Made by a program: the position numbers and the translations under genes. DNA of 64,000 bases. Source: an uncultured Nitrospiraceae bacterium. Its GTDB lineage: Bacteria; Nitrospirota; Thermodesulfovibrionia; Thermodesulfovibrionales; SM23-35. The notes under the pieces are model-generated. The model made no database searches. It saw nothing but the letters and a program-made list of their open reading frames with translations, and had not been told where the DNA came from. The DNA lies in contig CAVSHB010000001.1 in NCBI GenBank assembly GCA_963727775.1, positions 160,001 to 224,000 of the forward strand, given 5' to 3'. This document shows, in pieces, positions 62,491-64,000 of the stretch (position 1 is its first letter; every line of letters begins with the position of its first letter).

Positions 62491-64000
62491 TTAAACCTTC
62501 TTAAAGGTATCAGAAACACTCAGACAAGTAAAGAGACAGGAAATCTTATCGTAAACCTTATCCCATGACATACCTTTTATATCGATCTCAAAACCTTCAG
62601 GGAGGAACCTTAAGTTCCCGTCTATCTTATCTCTCAGCCCGAAGATATCCTGCGGTTCCACTTTCGTATCAGGCGAAAATATTACGCTGATCTTACCGTT
62701 TGCTTCCTGGACTTTTGTAATGAGGAGGCCCCGTGCCGTCAATTTCAGACTCATGATGTCTGTAAGGTTCTTGACCTCATCCGGCAGCCGGCCGAACCTG
62801 TCGTCCATTTCGGATTCGATCGCCTTCAATGTCTCCGGTGTCTTCGATGAAGCAATCCTCCTGTAAAGGCTCAACCTCAGGGAAATGTCATCGATATATT
62901 CTTCAGGGATAAAAGCATTGACCTTCAGAGTTATTGAAGGTTCAAACTCCTCCTCGATTTTTATGCCTTTCAGTTCCGCAACCGCCTTTTCCAGCATCTC
63001 GATATAGAGGTCGAACCCGACCGCGTGAATATGTCCGGACTGTTCGGCGCCGAGAAGGTTCCCGGCCCCCCTGATCTCAAGGTCTCTTAAAGCGAGCCTG
63101 AAACCTGCCCCCAAATAGCTCATGTCCTGTATGGCCTGCAACCTTTGTTTGGCCTCATGGGTAATGATGTCCTCACCCGGGACGAGAAAATACGCGTAGG
63201 CCTTTGCATTGCCTCTTCCGACGCGCCCCCTGAGCTGGTAAAGATCGGCCAAACCCATAGCGTCCGCCCTATTGATAATAATGGTATTGGCGGTCGGTAT
63301 GTCGAGGCCGGAGCCTATGATGGCTGTCGACACCAGCATATCCGTTTCATGCTCGTAAAATTTAAGCATCACCCTTTCCAGTTCTTTTCCGTCCATCTGT
63401 CCGTGCGCGACGGCCATCCTCAACGACGGCACGAGCTTCATGATAAAATCTGCAATCTTGTAAATGTCTTTTATCCTGTTATGGACAAAGAACACCTGAC
63501 CGTTCCTGTCAAGTTCCTTTTTAATCGCATCCTTTATAAGCGTTTCATCGAACAGGGACACAATACTTTTTACAGCGAGTCTTTCCTCCGGCGGCGTTTC
63601 GATCACGCTCATTTCTCTTATGTCCGATAACGCCATATGGAGGGTCCTCGGAATAGGCGTCGCAGTGAGGGTGATCACATCAATGCCCTTTTTCAGCTCT
63701 TTTATCTTTTCTTTCTGACCGACTCCGAACCTGTGTTCTTCGTCTATGATAAGGAGTCCGAGGTTGTGGAAATGTAAGTCTTTGCCGAGGAGGCTGTGGG
63801 TCCCGATGATAATATCGATATCTCCGTCAGATAATGCCTTGATCGTCTTTTTCCGGTCTTTCGCGGGTTTGAATCTGCTGATGTAATCTATGTGGACAGG
63901 AAAGGCGGAAAACCTCGATTTGAAAGTGCGGAAATGCTGTTCGCAGAGGATTGTCGTAGGCACAAGCACAACCACCTGCATGCCGTCATAAACAGCCTTA
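62491..64000 (-). CDS. mfd: Transcription-repair coupling factor (5' part outside the window)
   Basis: DEEHRFG, TATPIPRT, QLRGRVGR, DLEIRGAGNLLG and the TRCF C-terminal domain. Confidence 0.97.
   Translation of the reverse strand, partial: KAVYDGMQVVVLVPTTILCEQHFRTFKSRFSAFPVHIDYISRFKPAKDRKKTIKALSDGDIDIIIGTHSLLGKDLHFHNLGLLIIDEEHRFGVGQKEKIKELKKGIDVITLTATPIPRTLHMALSDIREMSVIETPPEERLAVKSIVSLFDETLIKDAIKKELDRNGQVFFVHNRIKDIYKIADFIMKLVPSLRMAVAHGQMDGKELERVMLKFYEHETDMLVSTAIIGSGLDIPTANTIIINRADAMGLADLYQLRGRVGRGNAKAYAYFLVPGEDIITHEAKQRLQAIQDMSYLGAGFRLALRDLEIRGAGNLLGAEQSGHIHAVGFDLYIEMLEKAVAELKGIKIEEEFEPSITLKVNAFIPEEYIDDISLRLSLYRRIASSKTPETLKAIESEMDDRFGRLPDEVKNLTDIMSLKLTARGLLITKVQEANGKISVIFSPDTKVEPQDIFGLRDKIDGNLRFLPEGFEIDIKGMSWDKVYDKISCLFTCLSVSDTFKKV

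Overview
Chromosomal window from an anaerobic Gram-negative bacterium. Gene content suggests Nitrospirota (Thermodesulfovibrionia-like) or Desulfobacterota; this is an inference. The left ~31 kb is mostly housekeeping: acpP and fabG; a Re-citrate-synthase-like gene with icd, a CBS/CorC protein, mdh and ndk; tRNA-Val followed by a small defence islet; a Wzc/OPX/beta-barrel polysaccharide export locus; a Zn/Mn ABC transporter; an FNOR-cooF-cooS carbon monoxide dehydrogenase operon; a two-component pair; and bfr. The defence islet holds PIN-TA and DUF559 remnants plus a Type IIG/ISP-like RM gene with two in-frame 50-bp palindromic insertions. From ~31 kb to tRNA-Pro (61666-61743) lies a mosaic accessory island. 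It has five complete IS elements from five families, each with identifiable target duplications, and fragments of a tyrosine integrase and a serine resolvase. Its cargo covers stress proteins (Hsp20, USP), c-di-GMP signalling, and a TraR/DksA gene with an in-frame TGA at a zinc-ligand Cys. Next to the tRNA are two tandem terminase-small-subunit-like genes with different N-termini, a conserved shared C-terminal tail, and no other phage genes in the window. The window ends with a TPR lipoprotein and a partial mfd. All family assignments come from motif recognition by eye; no searches were run.
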